64,000 bases of DNA, from contig JASFYY010000095.1 in the NCBI GenBank assembly GCA_045046875.1, positions 1 through 64,000 on the forward strand, written 5' to 3'. Source of the DNA: Verrucomicrobiota bacterium (GTDB lineage: Bacteria > Verrucomicrobiota > Verrucomicrobiia > Verrucomicrobiales > DEV007). Each line of letters begins with the position of its first letter. Positions within the stretch are counted from its first letter, which is position 1. The position numbers and the translations under genes were made by a program. This document shows positions 60,147-64,000 of the stretch, in pieces. The notes below the pieces were generated by a model that made no database searches, was not told the DNA's origin, and saw only the letters and a program-made list of their open reading frames with translations.

Positions 60147-61489
60147 AATGCTGAAAGCTCTCCTCGCTCTATAACCGGCAGCTTCACATCTCCCTCTCTC
60201 GAAAACCGTTTATTCGCCAAATAACGTGCCGCTTCTGATGCCCAGCCTCTTGGCAAAGATCTGAGTAAACATCTATCAAGCTGCGCTGTGTCCAAAGCCT
60301 TGGAAAAGTGTAAATTTCTTCTCAGTTCGGCAAGTACGTCCGCCCCCCTGTCTGTGACCCATATTTCATACGCTCGTTGATCTTCCCTCACCCTGATAAA
60401 ACCCGAAACCCCGGCTTTCCTAAAGGCTTCTACCACATGCTCCCCATCCAGTTTTTCTCCAACCAAATCCGAACAATCTCCTCTCCTACCAACAAAACCC
60501 ACCCTACCTCCATCTCCCGCTTCAATGATATCTCCCGTCCTATAGCGGTATAAACCCGCCCCTGTTGTCAACACTACCTCATACCGCCGCCCCTGTTTCA
60601 CCTCCAAACTTACATCCCCCGTTTCACAATCAATGAACTCATGGAAATGCACCCCTCTAGCGATCCTCGCCGCCGACCCATCAGGAATACTTGTAACTCC
60701 CTCTGTAGCCAACAAACCTTTCGGCTCAAACACCACGCCCTCTCCCAATCGCTCGAGCACCTGCGCTTTCCACATCGCAGCCTGAGCATCCGCCCAACAA
60801 CTGAGCACCCGCAATTCCGGCCAGATTTCCCGCCACGTCGCCCGCGTATCCAGTGCTTCATCAAGCTTTAAAAAAAAGACCGGACTCCATACCGAAATCG
60901 AGCGCAAATTTGATGTTGTTAATAAAACTTTTGCCGTCTGCTCAAAAAAATCACTCTCCCCAAATTCAGGAGCCACCAGCCACTTAGCCAAACCATAACT
61001 CACCTCATCCGGGAAATACGCCCCATCATTCGTAAAGCCCAAAGGCAAACCCGACGAAGTCTTCTCACCCTTGCCCAATCTTGGTGACAACGACCAATAC
61101 GCCGCACCCTCAAAAACTTCAGGATAGCGCTGTTGCCATCCTTTCATCCAAATTGACAGGGCGCAGGCCAATTCACCTCGAAACTTCGGGGTTACAGGAA
61201 TCACCTTCACCGCACTCGAAGTCCCTGATGTGAGTTCAAACCCAACAGGCTCTTCTTTAGTAAGCACTGCAACCTCCCCATTAATCGCCCGCTCAACCCA
61301 GGGTTCTATATCCATGTAACTCTGCAAAGGCACCTTGTTCGCAAAGTCTTCATAACTTGTGATATCAGCAAAACCATACTCTCGTCCAAAAGCCGACCCA
61401 ACGTTGGACTGTATATAGCGGCTCAGCAAATCACATGATCTCGTTTCATACCCTCCCAACGATTCAAGTAACGTTTGACCCTCATGCAT
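60134..61489 (-). CDS. GH3 auxin-responsive-promoter family (acyl acid-amido synthetase-like) protein
   Basis: F-VPLQSY, TSGTS-K-IP, GLLATEG, YEVVLTT-GLYRYRTGD, FVGR, GEKL. Confidence 0.88.
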   Translation of the reverse strand: MHEGQTLLESLGGYETRSCDLLSRYIQSNVGSAFGREYGFADITSYEDFANKVPLQSYMDIEPWVERAINGEVAVLTKEEPVGFELTSGTSSAVKVIPVTPKFRGELACALSIWMKGWQQRYPEVFEGAAYWSLSPRLGKGEKTSSGLPLGFTNDGAYFPDEVSYGLAKWLVAPEFGESDFFEQTAKVLLTTSNLRSISVWSPVFFLKLDEALDTRATWREIWPELRVLSCWADAQAAMWKAQVLERLGEGVVFEPKGLLATEGVTSIPDGSAARIARGVHFHEFIDCETGDVSLEVKQGRRYEVVLTTGAGLYRYRTGDIIEAGDGGRVGFVGRRGDCSDLVGEKLDGEHVVEAFRKAGVSGFIRVREDQRAYEIWVTDRGADVLAELRRNLHFSKALDTAQLDRCLLRSLPRGWASEAARYLANKRFSREGDVKLPVIERGELSALWES

Positions 61490-62213
61490 TGATACACACC
61501 CTGTTTAAACCTAACTCAAATCCATTCAAAGCTACACGTTTCAAATTATCCGTATCCATCTCCGTCAAACAAACCAACTCATCCCCAGCTGCAAAACCAG
61601 GATTCTTTTCGATAAAATAACGAACCATTGTTTTCTCTCTACGTTGCCAGGTTGCCTCCACCAGTTCAGGTTTCAGTTGCCCCAATGATTCCGTGAAATG
61701 AATGACTCCCCTATCCTTAAACCAGGCATTGCCAAATAAATGCCGCGACGCCGTGTCCACGACCTCTGACAACACAATTTCCTGATTTTTAGGATGCGGA
61801 AAAAATCGCTTGGCGAACAATGGCAAAAAAAGAAAAGTCCGATGCCCTTTTGATATCAGCATCCAAAACAGTCTCCTCCCACTGCTTGCCCTCCACTCCC
61901 CCGCTCTCTCACAAAACGCCCTCACCAATTCGTTACTTCCCCAATAAGCCGGGTCAATAATGGTATCTCCTGAAAACAGAACATCTCCCGATGAAATCCA
62001 TAGCCCCTTTGGGTTGAACGCCAAGGTAGTAAATCCTTGCAACTCCCCACTGTCATCCAGCAACAAAATCACTTCATCTTTCCAAGACAAATCTTCTGCA
62101 AAAACCTCGTGGCTCACATGATCATACGCTGCTGAGAAAAGCTTGAACATTCGCTCTTGCAGGATGGCAGACAAGTGCCTCACCGGGATGATTTTTGACT
62201 TTAAAACGTTCAT
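61482..62213 (-). CDS. GNAT-like hypothetical protein
   Basis: F-EDL-K, LQGFTT, FSGDTIIDPAYWG, WMLISKGHRT, NPGF-GDEL-CL; overlaps neighbours by 8 and 4 nt. Confidence 0.65.
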   Translation of the reverse strand: MNVLKSKIIPVRHLSAILQERMFKLFSAAYDHVSHEVFAEDLSWKDEVILLLDDSGELQGFTTLAFNPKGLWISSGDVLFSGDTIIDPAYWGSNELVRAFCERAGEWRASSGRRLFWMLISKGHRTFLFLPLFAKRFFPHPKNQEIVLSEVVDTASRHLFGNAWFKDRGVIHFTESLGQLKPELVEATWQRREKTMVRYFIEKNPGFAAGDELVCLTEMDTDNLKRVALNGFELGLNRVCINA

Positions 62214-62779
62214 CTGATCGCGGACATTAACAAATAAAAAAAGCCTATTGCCTGAGGAAACAAGATGCCCGCCGTGGAGTAATTGATCGACCTGTAGCCG
62301 TCACCTCCAGGCACAAAATACACCCCTTTCCCTGGCCCTCCGGTAGCCTTCACAAACCACCTCACGAACAGCAACTCACTGATTAAAGAAACGATTGTCA
62401 GCGTACCCCACACCTTCAAACCAGGAACAGCAAAACCATACATCACGACCAACACCAATCCGATGTGAAACAAATCGTGCAAGACCCCATAGGCAACCCG
62501 CCAGCGTCTCGTCAAACACAGAGGGATTTCCACCAGAACTCGCAGCCCCATGGAAACAGCCAATACCACAAACGCCGTGCCCTCCCTTAATAAAACCAGG
62601 GGTAAAACTACCCAAAGCATCAACACATACGCAAACCAAGCCGCTTTGATCGGCGATATTTTACCTCCCCTTCGTTCACCGTGATTTTGAAATGCCCACA
62701 CCCCACACGCAAAAACAACCGTCCCTACCATCAGGAACAAGGCTTCACCGCGTGTAAGCATTTCGACCGCTTCTTTCAT
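62210..62779 (-). CDS. Hypothetical membrane protein
   Basis: About 6 hydrophobic segments; QN-GG-IS-K, YGVLHD; 4-nt overlaps on both sides. Confidence 0.7.
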   Translation of the reverse strand: MKEAVEMLTRGEALFLMVGTVVFACGVWAFQNHGERRGGKISPIKAAWFAYVLMLWVVLPLVLLREGTAFVVLAVSMGLRVLVEIPLCLTRRWRVAYGVLHDLFHIGLVLVVMYGFAVPGLKVWGTLTIVSLISELLFVRWFVKATGGPGKGVYFVPGGDGYRSINYSTAGILFPQAIGFFYLLMSAIR

Positions 62780-63774
62780 ACTTTTATTTTTTTTATTGTC
62801 GGCGGCTCGTTTTCTAGAGATTCCCCATCAAGCAAACGGCGGATCCCCTTGGCAATTGCGTCCGTCTCATAATAAAGGAATCCAGCCCCCTCCGTCCTTG
62901 AGATATCCTCTGTCTGTTCGCGTATGACACTTACATCTTGATTCAAAATATAGTGTGCAATCGGTTCAAAAAGCGCCCTGATCAATGCTCCCAAAGGCTC
63001 AAAACGGTAAGCCATGTAGGTGTAAATCTGCGTTTCCGTTTCGGAGATCGGAGTGCACTGGCTCATCACAATGTATTGACGGCTTTCAGTCATACGGTAA
63101 TCAACCCGGGTAAGATAAGGCAGCTGAAAATGATCGGTATGAATCACCTTCTCGCCGCTCGGCACCAGAATACGACCAATAAGGGAATCCATCCGTTGCT
63201 CGTTAATGAACTCCGCCTGAATCCAGTCCTCCCCCGACGTGATTTCTACCTCCACCTCTTTTGATTCCTTACCGCGAAACAATCCTCTGTGCACGTGAGC
63301 CGTATGAGGCACATCCAAAAAATTCTCGACGCAGTGAAAAGCATTACCCTCAAAATATCGCTCCATTGACCAATGATGCCAACCCTGCTCATCAAATTTG
63401 GGGAAATCGATTGGCTCATCAAGCGCTTCGCCACTGCCCATCCAAATCCAGATAAAACCCTGTTTTTCTATCACCGCATAAGCTTTCACCTGAAACTGTT
63501 GATACGTCTCACACGATTCACACGAAGAGGGAATGTCCGCACAATGCCCATCCGCAGCCCATGCCCAGCCGTGATAAGAACAGCGCAAACCATCCTCCGT
63601 CACTTCCCCCCGTGACAATGCCATATTGCGATGCAAACACCGGTCCCGCAGACAGCCCGCATTTCCTTCCTTATCCCGAAAAATCACCACTGAATCCCCC
63701 ACGATCATTCTCGCTAGCGGCTGCTTTTTCAACTGCTTTGATCGGCAGGCGATATACCAGTGATCCTTCAACAC
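62776..63774 (-). CDS. Rieske non-heme iron oxygenase alpha subunit (VanA/KshA-like)
   Basis: Rieske CLH...CSYH; mononuclear Fe site ENFLDVPHTAHVH and NQD; GTG start with AAGGAGG RBS. Confidence 0.92.
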   Translation of the reverse strand: MLKDHWYIACRSKQLKKQPLARMIVGDSVVIFRDKEGNAGCLRDRCLHRNMALSRGEVTEDGLRCSYHGWAWAADGHCADIPSSCESCETYQQFQVKAYAVIEKQGFIWIWMGSGEALDEPIDFPKFDEQGWHHWSMERYFEGNAFHCVENFLDVPHTAHVHRGLFRGKESKEVEVEITSGEDWIQAEFINEQRMDSLIGRILVPSGEKVIHTDHFQLPYLTRVDYRMTESRQYIVMSQCTPISETETQIYTYMAYRFEPLGALIRALFEPIAHYILNQDVSVIREQTEDISRTEGAGFLYYETDAIAKGIRRLLDGESLENEPPTIKKIKV

Positions 63775-63822
63775 GGCGAAACCTCCTTCCCCTTTTCCTG
63801 TCGTTTTCTGATTCTCATTTCA

Positions 63823-64000
63823 TCACCGTATTTTCGAAACCTCCTGCTCAATCCTGATATATTTCCCCGTCTCAAAATGCCCTTTCGACTTGCTGCCATC
63901 CGGCCACTGCACCCGCACCTCTACCTCATCCACATCATCTGTCGCAAACAATAATCTACGCCCCTGTTGCGCCGAAAACCCAGAAACATTGTTCACCCAC
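63823..64000 (-). CDS. 3' end of a CRTAC1-family / ASPIC-UnbV domain protein (partial; absent from ORF track)
   Basis: Frame from 63999 reads WVNNVSGFSAQQGRRLLFATDDVDEVEVRVQWPDGSKSKGHFETGKYIRIEQEVSKIR*; GF-AQ..R-L-F...V-V-WP-G is the ASPIC/UnbV pattern. Confidence 0.7.
   Translation of the reverse strand, partial: WVNNVSGFSAQQGRRLLFATDDVDEVEVRVQWPDGSKSKGHFETGKYIRIEQEVSKIR

Noticed and set aside
63823..64000. Enediyne cluster on the basis of the UnbV-like domain
   Set aside because: ASPIC/UnbV domains are widespread and no PKS, thioesterase or other enediyne cassette gene is visible

Overview
Bacterial chromosomal segment, most likely PVC superphylum (probably a marine Verrucomicrobiota). 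This is inferred from four Cys-type sulfatases, DUF1080/ThuA proteins, a DUF1552 + DUF1588/DUF1585 pair and PVC-type heme-binding proteins. Positions 1-42 kb are mostly an accessory region of secreted carbohydrate and sulfate-ester catabolic enzymes (sulfatases, sialidase, lactonases, esterases, DUF1080), interleaved with rhuM, rlmF, pepA and cls. Positions 42-56 kb hold housekeeping genes (yegS-like kinase, hflX, moeA, tRNA-Ser(GCT)), a desaturase and a split-FeoB/DtxR metal-uptake locus. The window ends in a tightly coupled minus-strand operon, ASPIC/UnbV protein - Rieske oxygenase - membrane protein - GNAT - GH3 amido synthetase - GNAT, which is the best candidate for an uncharacterised biosynthetic system. 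Intergenic DNA is rich in structure: a five-copy family of inverted triple-nonamer repeats, a structured transposase-less element resembling an IS110 non-coding (bridge-RNA-type) end, a dispersed IR-bounded element, a duplicated promoter, a (GGGGTT)n G-quadruplex tract and several pseudogene remnants. All product calls come from motif recognition by eye; no database searches were run.
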